Shown: piece by piece, positions 6,732 to 17,316 of the stretch | Position numbering within the stretch: the first letter of the stretch is position 1 | Layout: each line of letters begins with the position of its first letter | IMG/VR virus record: IMGVR_UViG_3300018079_000016 | Location: 1 to 46,894 of that record | DNA length: 46,894 nucleotides | Source of the DNA: a virus | Lineage: Duplodnaviria; Caudoviricetes | Reading direction: 5' to 3' (one strand) | Made by a program: the position numbers and the translations under genes | Notes under the pieces: generated by a model | The model's database searches: none | The model's input: the letters and a program-made list of their open reading frames with translations, nothing else | What the model was told of the DNA's origin: nothing

Positions 6732-9098
6732 ATGAGAACAAGATTATCACCTGATATCGTAGATTTACTTAAGCAAGTTGTCGAAACTTGTGACCACGAG
6801 GATAGGTCTATCCGTGAGCGTCAGATTAGAACATGGCGTAGACTTAAACTCTATTGGGAAGGATTTCAGCGCGTTTGGTATTCTGAAGTTGCACATGATT
6901 GGAGAATTTTCGACGAACAGTTGGCGGAAGATAATTCTGACCAATCATACTATGATAAGCCGATTAACGTCTTTCGTGCTTATCTTGAATCTATTATTGC
7001 TGCATTATCTGTTACTGTTCCTCCAATAAAGTGTTATCCGGATGATGCAGAGAATACACTAGATTTGCAAACTGCACGCGCGGGGGACAAAATCGCTCAA
7101 CTGATATTTCGTCATAACGATGTTCCTTTACTTTGGCTTCATGCTCTATTCATTTACTGCACTGAGGGAATGATAGCGTGTTATTCTTATCCTAAAGAGG
7201 ATGAAAAGTATGGCACTTATGAAGATAAGAAGTATGAAGAGGCAGAAGTTGATGGTGAAGTAACTTCTTGCCCTGCTTGTGGATTCAAAATATCGGAGAA
7301 AGAACTTAATCCTCAAATCGCAGCAGATAAAGAGGATGAGTTTATGCCATATGATGAACCTGCACCTGAAACTTATGAACTTTCACCAGAAGATATGTAT
7401 GGTGAAGGGGAACCTTGTCCTGCATGTGGTGAAATGATGATGCCACAAGTTTCGCAGGAAACTTTCGTTGTTACTAGATTAGTAGGTGTGACTAAAAAAG
7501 CTAAAACTCGTATGTGCATGGAAGCATATGGAGGACTATACGTTAAAATTCCTAATTATGCTAGAACTCAGGAAGAATGCCCTTACTTGATTTACTCTTT
7601 TGAAACTAATTACGTCAACTCAATTGAAAAATACAAGGATAAATATCTTGACGATGAGGAACTGCGTAAAGCAATCGAAAGCAAGGGTAATCAAGGGTCA
7701 TATGACCAGTATGACCAATGGGGCCGTCTTTCACCGCAGTATCAGGGAGAATATCCTGAAAATGTTATCACTGAAAAGCATGCATGGCTCCGTCCTGCTG
7801 CATATAACTTTTTACCCGCCGAAGATGCGGACGAACTACGAAAGAAATTCCCTAAAGGAGTAAAGGTTTCATACGTAGGGGATTGTTTCGCTGATGCAAA
7901 AGCTGAGGTATTAGATGATTGCTGGACTATAACGAAGAATCCACTATCTGATTTTGTGCATCATGACCCTCTTGGTTTACTACTTACTAGTATACAAGAC
8001 ATAACAAATGACTTGATAAGTATGACTCAGCAGACTATTGAACATGGTGTTGGGTTAACATTCTTTGACCCTGCTGTGTTGAATCAGAAAGCATTTGAAC
8101 AGACAGAAGTTATTCCTGGTGGTATGTTCCCGGCTACACCTAAATCTGGTAAATCACTAGGAGATGGATTCTTTGAAGTAAAGACTGCTACTTTGTCTGG
8201 TGAAGTATTACCATTCGGACAGCAAGTTCAATCACTAGGTCAATTAGTAGTTGGTGCAATGCCGTCTATTTTCGGTGGTGAATTAGAAGGTAGTGGAACT
8301 GCATCAGAATACAGTATGTCTCGTGCTCAATCCTTGCAGAGACTACAGAATACTTGGAAGATGCTTACTATTTGGTGGAAAACCATATTCGGTAAGGTTA
8401 TTCCAATGTTCATCCAAGAAGTTAAGGATGATGAAAGAGATGTTCAGCGTAATAAGGATGGTAATTTCTTTAACGTCCTTATCAGAAAAGCAGAGTTGGA
8501 GGGTAAAATTGGCAAGGTAGAACTTGAAGCCAATGAGAATCTTCCCATGACATGGCATCAGATTAAAGATGTCGTCATGACCTTGCTGCAAACTGGACAG
8601 CCGGAGATTCTCAATATCATTGGTGCCCCAGAGAATCTTCCTGCTATTCGTTCAGCAATTGGTCTGACAGATTTCTTTGTTCCTGATGAAGATGAAGTTG
8701 AGGATACATACGATATCATCAAACAGTTGATGCTTTCTGAACCTATTATGGCTCCACCAGACCCAATGATGGAGCAAATGGCTATATCACAAGGTTTACC
8801 AGTTCCCCCACCTACAGAAATGCCATCTGTAGAACCTGAACCTGATATTGACAATCCTGCACTTCGATTTAGAATTTGTAGAGGATGGTTACTATCAGAA
8901 GCTGGTAGACAAGCTAAAATGGATAATGGGGCTGGCTATAGAAATGTTCTTCTATACGCTAAGGCTCAGAAAATGTTATCAATGCCTCCACCTATGGCTC
9001 CTAATTCTCCTGGTGCTGAGAATTTAGCAAAGCCCACACAATTGGAAACTAGGGAAGCACCCATAACAGAGGAAAATCATGTTCAAACTATTCAATAA
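6732..9098 (+). CDS. Portal protein with an inserted double-CPACG zinc ribbon
   Basis: 788 aa; position between TerL and scaffold; largely helical; SIQDITN and GTASEY motifs; Pro/Met-rich tail typical of P22-like portals. Confidence 0.85.
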   Translation: MRTRLSPDIVDLLKQVVETCDHEDRSIRERQIRTWRRLKLYWEGFQRVWYSEVAHDWRIFDEQLAEDNSDQSYYDKPINVFRAYLESIIAALSVTVPPIKCYPDDAENTLDLQTARAGDKIAQLIFRHNDVPLLWLHALFIYCTEGMIACYSYPKEDEKYGTYEDKKYEEAEVDGEVTSCPACGFKISEKELNPQIAADKEDEFMPYDEPAPETYELSPEDMYGEGEPCPACGEMMMPQVSQETFVVTRLVGVTKKAKTRMCMEAYGGLYVKIPNYARTQEECPYLIYSFETNYVNSIEKYKDKYLDDEELRKAIESKGNQGSYDQYDQWGRLSPQYQGEYPENVITEKHAWLRPAAYNFLPAEDADELRKKFPKGVKVSYVGDCFADAKAEVLDDCWTITKNPLSDFVHHDPLGLLLTSIQDITNDLISMTQQTIEHGVGLTFFDPAVLNQKAFEQTEVIPGGMFPATPKSGKSLGDGFFEVKTATLSGEVLPFGQQVQSLGQLVVGAMPSIFGGELEGSGTASEYSMSRAQSLQRLQNTWKMLTIWWKTIFGKVIPMFIQEVKDDERDVQRNKDGNFFNVLIRKAELEGKIGKVELEANENLPMTWHQIKDVVMTLLQTGQPEILNIIGAPENLPAIRSAIGLTDFFVPDEDEVEDTYDIIKQLMLSEPIMAPPDPMMEQMAISQGLPVPPPTEMPSVEPEPDIDNPALRFRICRGWLLSEAGRQAKMDNGAGYRNVLLYAKAQKMLSMPPPMAPNSPGAENLAKPTQLETREAPITEENHVQTIQ

Positions 9099-10425
9099 CC
9101 TATTCTATGCTCCTGCTGATTCTTCTGGTGGAGGAAGTGGAATTCCTGCTAATCAAGGAGGAAAGCCATCAGGAGGTATGGGTAAGGAAGAAATGATAGA
9201 ATTTCTTGGGGAAGATGACGAAAAAGAAGTCATTGACCTTGAGGATAAAGGAAAGGGTAAGGAAAAAGGTGAAGAGGAAGAACCTGAAATTCCTGTCAAG
9301 GAAAAGAAAGAAAAAGTAGAAGATGGAGAAGAGGAAGAAGAACTTGAAACAGAAGAAGATGAATTAGCAGAACTCGAAAAAGAATTAGAAGGTCCATCTG
9401 AGGACCAACTTGAGCTTAAAACTCCTGTTCCTAGACGGGAAATATTGAAGAAATACCCTAATTTGTTCAAGGATTTTCCTTACCTTGAGACTGCATACTA
9501 CAGAGAGCAGCAATATACAGAATTGCTTCCAACTATTGATGATGCCAAGAAAGCTGTCGAAAAGGGAGCTACTCTTGACAAATTTGAACGTGAATTGATG
9601 TCCGGTTCCACAGAGAATGTGCTTAAAGCCGTTCATACTGAGAACAAGGATGCATTTTATCGAATCGTTGATGAGTATCTGCCCACTCTCGCAAAGGTTG
9701 ATGAGAAGGCTTATAATCATGTGCTTGGAACTGTTATTAAGCATACTATTATGTCAATGGTGCAGGAAGCAAAGACTTCAAGCAATGAAGCCTTGCAAAC
9801 TGCTGCACATTTACTCAATCAGTTTGTGTTTGGGAGTAGTGATTTCACTCCTCCACAGCAACTTTCTCGTGGTAGAAGTCAACAAGAGAAAGGTAAAGAG
9901 GATGAAATCTCCCAACGTGAGAAGGATTTCACGAAACAGCGTTACGATACTACTCGTGATGACTTAAATACACGAGTAAGTAATGTTCTCAAGTCTACTA
10001 TTGAAGCAAACATCGACCCTAAGAAGTCAATGACTGATTATGTGCGTCGAACTGCTTCGAGAGAAGCTCTAGAAACTCTTTCGGGCTTAATTGAAAGAGA
10101 TACTAGATTCAAGTCCTTGATGGATAGACTCTGGGAAAAAGCATTTGAGTCTAACTTCAACAGGGAAGATACCGACAGAATCAGGAAGGCTTACATTTCG
10201 AAAGCAAAGACACTGTTGCCTTCAGTCATTAAAAAGGCCAGAAATGAAGCTCTCCGTGGTTTGGGTAAGCGTGTAAAAGATGATTCTGAGGAACAGGAGG
10301 AAACTCCTACTCACGAATCCCGTAATAAAGAGCGTCCCGCCACTCCCAAAAAGGTGGGCAACATTAAATCTGCGAAAGATATACCCACTGGTATGTCTAC
10401 GCTCGAATTTCTTAACTCTGACTAA
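9079..10425 (+). CDS. Capsid scaffolding protein
   Basis: Acidic disordered N-terminus (LFYAPAD...), helical core; between portal and MCP. Confidence 0.75.
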   Translation: MFKLFNNLFYAPADSSGGGSGIPANQGGKPSGGMGKEEMIEFLGEDDEKEVIDLEDKGKGKEKGEEEEPEIPVKEKKEKVEDGEEEEELETEEDELAELEKELEGPSEDQLELKTPVPRREILKKYPNLFKDFPYLETAYYREQQYTELLPTIDDAKKAVEKGATLDKFERELMSGSTENVLKAVHTENKDAFYRIVDEYLPTLAKVDEKAYNHVLGTVIKHTIMSMVQEAKTSSNEALQTAAHLLNQFVFGSSDFTPPQQLSRGRSQQEKGKEDEISQREKDFTKQRYDTTRDDLNTRVSNVLKSTIEANIDPKKSMTDYVRRTASREALETLSGLIERDTRFKSLMDRLWEKAFESNFNREDTDRIRKAYISKAKTLLPSVIKKARNEALRGLGKRVKDDSEEQEETPTHESRNKERPATPKKVGNIKSAKDIPTGMSTLEFLNSD

Positions 10426-10457
10426 TTCTGTAGGATAGAATTAGTAAGGAGCTGAAA

Positions 10458-11714
10458 ATGGCCGTAGTGGAATCAAACGTAACAGCTTTAGAGCTGGAAA
10501 AGGTGATTCCCAAGATTCGCGTTCTGTTTGAACGTGATGATAAATTCTTCGCCAACATCAAGAAGCGTGACGTAGAAGTTATCTCAAATAGACAGATGCG
10601 AATTCCACTTGAACTTCGACCCGGTGGAAGTTTCCAGTATTTCAATCCTGATGGTGGGGACTTGGGTCGTGGTGGTGGTCCTACTTGGGATAAGGCAGTT
10701 CTTACTGCCGTATTCGTGTCTGAGAACATCGAATACACCAAGCTCACTCAGTGGTCCACTGACAATGACAGGAAGGCTATCACCAATGCGGTGCGTAGAC
10801 TTACTGCTACTGCATTGGACGAACTACGTAGACAGCTTGACTCACAGTTGATGCAGTCTGGTAATGGAGTTCTTGGCATTATCGGTGCTGTAGTTGCTGG
10901 TGCAGGCTTCGACACTTATACTCTGAACAGTGATGGCTTCGGTGCACGTCTTATGCGCTATGGTCAGACTGTTCAGGTATACAATTCTACTCTCACCACA
11001 CTTCGTGGTAAGGGAGTAATCACTCAGTGGGACGTTGAAAACAAGGTTATCGACGTTACCCCAAATATTGCCGGTGCTGTCGCTACAGATAGAATTGTAG
11101 TTGATGGTATTTCCTCTCCAAACTCACTGCCTGCGTTGTTTGGTGTGCCATATCACCATAGTAATGCATCAGCAGGAACTTGGCTTGGATTTAACCGCGC
11201 AAATACTCCTGAAATCAGAGCTAATCGTGTGAATGGTAACAATGCGGCATTGTCTCTTCCATTGCCGCGACTTGCCATTAACAAGATTGGTAACAGGGTT
11301 GGAATTGACAACAATTTCAAACCTAATGCATGGCTTCATCCTGCACAGAAGCAGGCATATGAAGATATTGGGCAAGGAATGATTCTTCTGAATCAGTCCA
11401 TGCAGAGTAAGAAGGAAGGAAACCTCAACCTGTATTTCGACAAGATGCAGTTTGCAGGTGCTCCAGACCGTCCTTCTTATAACTGGGACAAAACTCGTAT
11501 TGATTTTGTTACTGACGAAGTGTGGGGCAGAGGTGAAATTCTTCCCATTGGTTTCTACAAGACTGATGGGCGACAGATTTTCGAAATTCGTTCTGCTTCT
11601 GGTGGTGTTACCGCGGCCGATATTTTTTACATGGTCTGTGGAATGCAGACCTTTGTAAATAATCCAGCGGCTTGTGCATACATCGATGCTTTGGCTGTTC
11701 CGGCTGGATACTAG
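10458..11714 (+). CDS. Major capsid protein
   Basis: 418 aa; strong SD AAGGAG; position; HK97-like C-terminus (QTFVNNPAACAYID). Confidence 0.88.
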   Translation: MAVVESNVTALELEKVIPKIRVLFERDDKFFANIKKRDVEVISNRQMRIPLELRPGGSFQYFNPDGGDLGRGGGPTWDKAVLTAVFVSENIEYTKLTQWSTDNDRKAITNAVRRLTATALDELRRQLDSQLMQSGNGVLGIIGAVVAGAGFDTYTLNSDGFGARLMRYGQTVQVYNSTLTTLRGKGVITQWDVENKVIDVTPNIAGAVATDRIVVDGISSPNSLPALFGVPYHHSNASAGTWLGFNRANTPEIRANRVNGNNAALSLPLPRLAINKIGNRVGIDNNFKPNAWLHPAQKQAYEDIGQGMILLNQSMQSKKEGNLNLYFDKMQFAGAPDRPSYNWDKTRIDFVTDEVWGRGEILPIGFYKTDGRQIFEIRSASGGVTAADIFYMVCGMQTFVNNPAACAYIDALAVPAGY

Positions 11715-11720
11715 GAGGAT

Positions 11721-12038
11721 ATGATGAGTGACCTTCTCAGCCAGCAACTGTCTACGGTTCAGACAGATAAACAGCCACTGCCACCAACTATCGCTTCGGC
11801 TGCTACTATTGCACCTACTACGAAACTTACATTCGTAACAGGAACAGTTCAGTTAGAGACTATTACTCCATTCACTAGTGGTTATCAGGAAATTACTCTG
11901 TGCTTCACAAATGCTGCACCGGGTCTTTTCTTGACAACTGGAAATATTCAGATTGCATATCAGCCCGTTCAGAACAGGCCCATTGACCTGTGCTATGACC
12001 CATCAAGCAATAAGTGGTGGGTTAAGGCTGTAGTGTAA
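11721..12038 (+). CDS. Putative capsid decoration/cement protein
   Basis: SD AGGAGG; directly after MCP; small beta protein. Confidence 0.6.
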   Translation: MMSDLLSQQLSTVQTDKQPLPPTIASAATIAPTTKLTFVTGTVQLETITPFTSGYQEITLCFTNAAPGLFLTTGNIQIAYQPVQNRPIDLCYDPSSNKWWVKAVV

Positions 12039-12065
12039 TCACTAGTGCAATAAGGAGGTAGGCCA

Positions 12066-12716
12066 GTGCGCGAATCAGAATCCATCGTAAAGGTTATCAA
12101 CTCACAGTTGAAAGACCTTTATGGTCTTGATATCGTCACTGGCTTACCTATTTTCAAAGTTATCTGGTCAGACGATGAAATGGAACATCGTCATGGAACA
12201 TTTGATGACTTCATTCCCGGAACTCAAATTTTACTGAGAACTGTGACAGAAACACGTCATCTTCCGAAGTATCGACAATGGATTCATGGTAGACATATTC
12301 TTGAGAGATTAGTTCTGGTTCCAGAGTTCCAACAGCATGAACTCCCAGGGGCTCAAATCTCCTATGAACCATTGTGGGTATTCAGAATTGGGGATGATAA
12401 CGAAACAATAGAGGGTTATCTTCCCCCAAGATTAGATGCCTGTAAATTCATCATAGATTCGGTATTGGCTGCACAAGCTGTATCTACTATGATGTTAACA
12501 GGTGGGGAAACAAGAGATAGACCTTCATTAGCTCGCTATAAAGACCCTGCTGCTGGAAAATGCACAGAAGAAATTATAGCTCACAAGAAAAAAGAAATCG
12601 ATGGTATAGTCGATGAACTATTTGGCGATGAAACAGGGTTAATGGGCTCAACCCTTAGTCGAAACCAAGGCGGTGGTGAGACTATAATAGTGCCCCATTC
12701 ATTTGTTAAGAATTAG
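12066..12716 (+). CDS. Hypothetical morphogenesis-region protein
   Basis: SD AAGGAGG; GTG start. Confidence 0.75.
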   Translation: MRESESIVKVINSQLKDLYGLDIVTGLPIFKVIWSDDEMEHRHGTFDDFIPGTQILLRTVTETRHLPKYRQWIHGRHILERLVLVPEFQQHELPGAQISYEPLWVFRIGDDNETIEGYLPPRLDACKFIIDSVLAAQAVSTMMLTGGETRDRPSLARYKDPAAGKCTEEIIAHKKKEIDGIVDELFGDETGLMGSTLSRNQGGGETIIVPHSFVKN

Positions 12717-12725
12717 GAGAATCAA

Positions 12726-13499
12726 ATGTCACTAATTGGTGGATTTCCCGGATTGAGAGAGATACGTCGAAGAACTATTCGCGCACCTGTCAATCCTATG
12801 GATAAGGCGACTATAATCTCAATTTATCCACGAGAAATCACTGAAACGAAAGTTACTATTGAGCCGGGAGTTTTCAACATCAAGCCTGGTTCATATGAGA
12901 ATCCAGCACTTCTAGTAGTTGGTCCTTCGTCATGGTGGAGAGAAATTGACGAAGAACAACCACTACTGGAAATTCCTGTGGGTTCAATTCAGATTGCAGA
13001 TTCCGTTGTAAAGGATTTCTGCAATGGACTACTTGCTTATGTTGTGGATATTTCTTCTCCTGGACTAGCGTATGTTGCGGGTGAGCATAGTGTCCAAGGC
13101 ATCAGGAAGAATTTTCTTCATGTGTTGGATAAACTGAACACTATTCAGAGACAATGGTATATTGAATTGGTAAACCTTACCAGTTCATTATGGGCCATGT
13201 CAAATGGAAATCCTCGTGTAGTATCAGGGGATGCAAGACTAGCAGCAAGTGAACTTGCAATGCAAAATCTTGACTGGATGGAAAATTTCGAGGCAATGGA
13301 AATGGCCCGATGTCTTGCATGTGGACAGTTGCGGAATCCAAAGTTCCCTGTCTGTATGCATTGCCATAATGTGGATATGAATCATCCTGGGGCAAAGAAT
13401 CTCACATTCATTCCCCAAGGTGGGGGGAGTGTTCCACATAATATGCCTATTTCTACACCGATTACTCCCCCATCAACAGTAACATCAGCTAAGGGGTAG
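12726..13499 (+). CDS. Hypothetical protein with C-terminal zinc ribbon
   Basis: SD AGGAG; CLAC...CMHC. Confidence 0.8.
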   Translation: MSLIGGFPGLREIRRRTIRAPVNPMDKATIISIYPREITETKVTIEPGVFNIKPGSYENPALLVVGPSSWWREIDEEQPLLEIPVGSIQIADSVVKDFCNGLLAYVVDISSPGLAYVAGEHSVQGIRKNFLHVLDKLNTIQRQWYIELVNLTSSLWAMSNGNPRVVSGDARLAASELAMQNLDWMENFEAMEMARCLACGQLRNPKFPVCMHCHNVDMNHPGAKNLTFIPQGGGSVPHNMPISTPITPPSTVTSAKG

Positions 13500-13501
13500 G
13501 T

Positions 13502-14209
13502 ATGTCATCGATAGACCTTACCGCGGGAACAGTAATGGACGCTTCGGCGGCATTACTTAACGACAAGAATAGGTCTGTCTATACATATGCTGACCAGATT
13601 CCTTATCTGAAGATTGCACTACAAGAGTTGCAGGAATATTACGAGCTAAACAATATTCCTGCAACTGACCAACTTTCTGCTGTTATTCAGGTAGATGCAG
13701 GAGCAACTGAAATAGCATTTAACGCTGCGGGAACGGCTGCTGACCCTAAATTACCTGATGATTTGATTGAACCACAAAAACTATGGGAACGAACTAGAGA
13801 TATCAATCCTTTTGTTCCCATGACTAAGGTTGATGGACTTCCACAGAGTATGGTTGGAATTGAAATTTCTCAATTTCAGATATATGTGTGGGAAGCAAAT
13901 GAAATTCGATTCTTTCCTGCTAATGCTAATAATGATATTAAGATAGAATACATTAGGAGTCTCTTTACTCCCCCAACTAATGAACTATCACTAATCAATG
14001 TAGTAAATGGAGCTACTTTTCTTGAATATCGCAATGCTGCATTATGTGCTTGGTTCATTGGTGAAAACAAGTCGCGTTCAGATGAACTGAATGTATATGC
14101 AGGACTTGCAATTGACCGTTCTACTGGCATTGGAACTAAAGGTAGACAAGCTACTGTTACTAGGAGGAGACCTTTTCGTTCAAGTTATAAGCGTCGCACT
14201 TATATCTAG
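13502..14209 (+). CDS. Head-tail adaptor (tail tubular A / P22 gp4-like)
   Basis: Size, position, LPDDL motif, IRFFP and IKIEY strands, basic C-terminus. Confidence 0.7.
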   Translation: MSSIDLTAGTVMDASAALLNDKNRSVYTYADQIPYLKIALQELQEYYELNNIPATDQLSAVIQVDAGATEIAFNAAGTAADPKLPDDLIEPQKLWERTRDINPFVPMTKVDGLPQSMVGIEISQFQIYVWEANEIRFFPANANNDIKIEYIRSLFTPPTNELSLINVVNGATFLEYRNAALCAWFIGENKSRSDELNVYAGLAIDRSTGIGTKGRQATVTRRRPFRSSYKRRTYI

Positions 14210-14263
14210 TCCTTTGGTGCTTTTCAATAAGGAGGGCACTGGCTGACTATTCAGTTGGAGGAT

Positions 14264-15175
14264 ATGATGACACAAGTAGGTTTGTGGCGTGAAATTCGAC
14301 AGGATGCTAGAGATTTAGGTATTTCTAGCAATAGATTAGGAAAAATCAACAACGTTTGGTGGATTTTTCCCCAGGGGAATGGTCCACGTAATGCCTACTC
14401 TGACATCACTAGTATCAAGGCAAATCTCAGAAGTAGAGATTTGATTGTTATTGGTGGAGTTCTCAGAGAACAATTTCAAGCTCCGCTCGATATATATGAC
14501 TTGACCTTTTTAGGTGCAGCCAATAGGCCACGTCAATCTACATCAGGTGGAGTTCCTACAGGTGGAGGGGCTTCATGGTTGGCACCTACATCACCTGTTG
14601 CTGTTACACCACTATGTGAACTTCGTGCACAGGGGGCAGAGTTCCATAACATTCAATTTGCTGGTGCTTCTGACGCAGCAGCAATTAGACTTACGCGTTC
14701 AGCATCAGTAGATACTATTGATGCCTCACACGCATCATTTGTTAACTGCTATTTCCTTGCTGGATTGAATGGTATTGAGGACAATGGTGGAAGTGGTGGG
14801 GTATTAGTGGATAGATGTAGATTCCAGGGGCAAACTGGAACTGCATTACTTTCACTCAATACTGGAGCTGCAATTCCTCTTTCTTGGCAAGTTCAGGATA
14901 GTAGATTTCAACAGAATCTTCATGATATCAGGATGTCTCTGTCATTTGCAGTTATTGAACGTAATAAGTTCATGATTGCTGGCGCGGCAGGGCATACTGT
15001 TATCAATGACACATTCATTGCTGTTCAGGGTGGGGATAACATGATTCTTTTGAATCAATTCAATAACCCTGAAGCAGAAATTGCCCCCGCAACGGGATTT
15101 ACAGGTGCAGCATCTGACACATGGATGAACTATGTGGATAATCAGGCTGCACTTGCATTCGGACAACCTGCGTAG
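14264..15175 (+). CDS. Pectin-lyase-like beta-helix virion protein (spike/fibre)
   Basis: SD GGAGG before ATG 14264; rung-like motifs FHNIQF, FVNCYF, VDRCRF, VQDSRF, IERNKF, ILLNQF. Confidence 0.7.
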   Translation: MMTQVGLWREIRQDARDLGISSNRLGKINNVWWIFPQGNGPRNAYSDITSIKANLRSRDLIVIGGVLREQFQAPLDIYDLTFLGAANRPRQSTSGGVPTGGGASWLAPTSPVAVTPLCELRAQGAEFHNIQFAGASDAAAIRLTRSASVDTIDASHASFVNCYFLAGLNGIEDNGGSGGVLVDRCRFQGQTGTALLSLNTGAAIPLSWQVQDSRFQQNLHDIRMSLSFAVIERNKFMIAGAAGHTVINDTFIAVQGGDNMILLNQFNNPEAEIAPATGFTGAASDTWMNYVDNQAALAFGQPA

Positions 15176-15239
15176 AAAGTCTGCATAACTATTTTTAACT
15201 ACATGGGGGCTGCGCATCCTATAAACGCAGGAGGTAAAA

Positions 15240-15389
15240 ATGGCATTTAAGATTCTTTATATCAACTTGCTTGAGCTACAGGATTACCTTGATAAATATG
15301 GGGAGAAAATAAAGTTCATATTGAGATTAGATGGTTTAGTTCCTACCAACTTGGAAGTAGGTCGGATTATGCTAATAATTGGAGAATAA
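15240..15389 (+). CDS. Small hypothetical protein (49 aa, not in ORF track)
   Basis: SD AGGAGG; TAATG coupling to the next gene. Confidence 0.6.
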   Translation: MAFKILYINLLELQDYLDKYGEKIKFILRLDGLVPTNLEVGRIMLIIGE

Positions 15390-16900
15390 TGAGAGACCAT
15401 ACCCCAATTATTATTGACAAGTTTAATGGCCTCTGGCAAAGGGGTGATGTAGAAAATGCGCCTTCTGACCATTTCACTGAATGCAATAATGTTCAATACT
15501 TTGGAACTAGAGAATTTGGAACTAGAGATGGGGTAGGTAGACATCAGAATGTAGCTACTCCAATAGCTAAGATTCTAAGAATCTATAACTATCCTACATT
15601 AACTGGAAATACATTACTTATACTTGCATTGAATACGGCAGGAACTGCTGGCGAAATTTATCATGTAGTAAATTCTACTACAATGTTTGGACCAGTTCTA
15701 ACTATTACAGGAATGACAGATTTTGGTTTTATTCCATACGCAGGAAGAGCATACATAACTCCATTTGGAACAGCAGTAGTAAATGGACTTAATCAGGAAA
15801 AGGGCCTAGTAGGGGAATTCCTTTATGTTTATAAAGGTGATGGAACTGCTGCCAGAAAAGCTGCTGGACCTACTGCTGCGGGGTCTATTACTATTGCTAA
15901 TGGGGCTGCTGGTTTCACTGATGCGGGGCGCCATGTATTTGGAGTTGTTGGTGAAACTGATACTGGATATCTTTCACCGCCGACAGCACTTAACAATTTT
16001 GTTACTTCTGCTTTACTATCAGTATCTTTTAGCACTATTCCCACTTTTACTGGCTCATTCTGGACTAAACGACATATTGTTGCTAGTAAAGTAATTCAAG
16101 ACTTCAATGGTGATAATAAGGGATACCAATTATTTTTTATTCCGGGCGCGACTATCAATGATAATGTTACTACTACTCTTGCTAATCAATCATTCTTTGA
16201 TGCTGACTTACTACTTGATGCAAGCCATCTACTCTCCAATTTCACTGAAATAGCAGCAGGAGTTGGACTTTGTTTGTATCATAACCACTTGTGTCTTTAT
16301 GGTCAGAATACTGACCCTTCAATTGTTCGTGTTTCAGCAGTAGGTGAACCCGAGGCTATTAACCAAGTAAGTGGATTACTTATCATGCCTCCTGATGGTA
16401 ATCCAATGACTAATGCAGCAGAACTTAGAGATGTTCTGTATGGATTCAAGAGAAGTAAAACAGCGGCTTGGGTAGATAATGGAGATGTTCCATCTAGTTG
16501 GCCCTATAGTCCTGTTGATGATGCAATGGGAACTGGAGTTCATGGTATAGCAACACACCTTGATTCTGGTTCCACCATATCTGACTTCTTAATTATTGCT
16601 ACTTATAAGGGAATGTGTCTTTTTAATGGTAGATATGCATTCCCAGAACTAACTTGGAAAGAACAAGATAATTGGTTCAGTATGGATAGGAATGATTGGA
16701 GAAAAATCCAAGTATTAGATGACCCTATTAAACAAATAATCTATTACATTAAAACTGATAGAACTATTATGCATGGTAACTATGCAAATGGGTTTGACCC
16801 AAAGAACATACGTTGGGGTCCGTGGTCTTTTGAGTTCTTGGTAAACACAATTGCTATTTGGGAGATTGACGATTTCATCATTGGGGCTGACCAGATATGA
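15389..16900 (+). CDS. Tail nozzle / DNA stabilization protein (P22 gp10 / tail tubular B-like), N-terminal beta-propeller part
   Basis: N-terminal FNGL...CNNV...GTRDG pattern; repeated propeller-like strands; position after adaptor. Confidence 0.7.
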   Translation: MRDHTPIIIDKFNGLWQRGDVENAPSDHFTECNNVQYFGTREFGTRDGVGRHQNVATPIAKILRIYNYPTLTGNTLLILALNTAGTAGEIYHVVNSTTMFGPVLTITGMTDFGFIPYAGRAYITPFGTAVVNGLNQEKGLVGEFLYVYKGDGTAARKAAGPTAAGSITIANGAAGFTDAGRHVFGVVGETDTGYLSPPTALNNFVTSALLSVSFSTIPTFTGSFWTKRHIVASKVIQDFNGDNKGYQLFFIPGATINDNVTTTLANQSFFDADLLLDASHLLSNFTEIAAGVGLCLYHNHLCLYGQNTDPSIVRVSAVGEPEAINQVSGLLIMPPDGNPMTNAAELRDVLYGFKRSKTAAWVDNGDVPSSWPYSPVDDAMGTGVHGIATHLDSGSTISDFLIIATYKGMCLFNGRYAFPELTWKEQDNWFSMDRNDWRKIQVLDDPIKQIIYYIKTDRTIMHGNYANGFDPKNIRWGPWSFEFLVNTIAIWEIDDFIIGADQI

Positions 16901-17304
16901 CTCTTATAATCCCAAATGTGATTGAAGTCGCTATCTTAACTGATAGATTAACTCCTGCTCATACAATTAAACTGTATGGGAATAATGCTACTCCATCTGG
17001 AACTTCTGTTGCTGCTAATTTTACTGAGATAGCAGGTGGGGGGTATGTGAATAAACCTATTACTTTTGCTAATTGGACTATTACTGGTGGGGCTCCTACT
17101 ATTGCTCTATACAATACTACTCAAGAATGGATTTTTACAGGACCAATCAATGCCCCCGGAACTATTTACGGATATTTTATTACTAAGAATTCAGATGGAA
17201 CACTTTTACTAGCAGAAAGATTCTCATCAGGTGTAGTTCCATTTATACCTATTGCTGGTAGTATTATCAGGATTACTCCACGTATTACATGCGAATCTGC
17301 TTAG
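16897..17304 (+). CDS. Tail/fibre-associated small structural protein
   Basis: KLY...TP...FTE...GGGY...GTIYGYFI pattern typical of a widespread phage tail protein family; ATGA overlap. Confidence 0.65.
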   Translation: MTLIIPNVIEVAILTDRLTPAHTIKLYGNNATPSGTSVAANFTEIAGGGYVNKPITFANWTITGGAPTIALYNTTQEWIFTGPINAPGTIYGYFITKNSDGTLLLAERFSSGVVPFIPIAGSIIRITPRITCESA

Positions 17305-17316
17305 TCAGGAATAAGA

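Noticed and set aside
11169-11747. 192-aa minus-strand ORF and similar antisense or alternate-frame ORFs within long genes
   Set aside because: They lie almost entirely inside well-supported genes and are explained by codon bias
14216-14240. Hairpin GGTGCTTTTC-AATAA-GGAGGGCACT as an intrinsic terminator
   Set aside because: G-U-rich stem with no U-tract; at most a processing or stability hairpin
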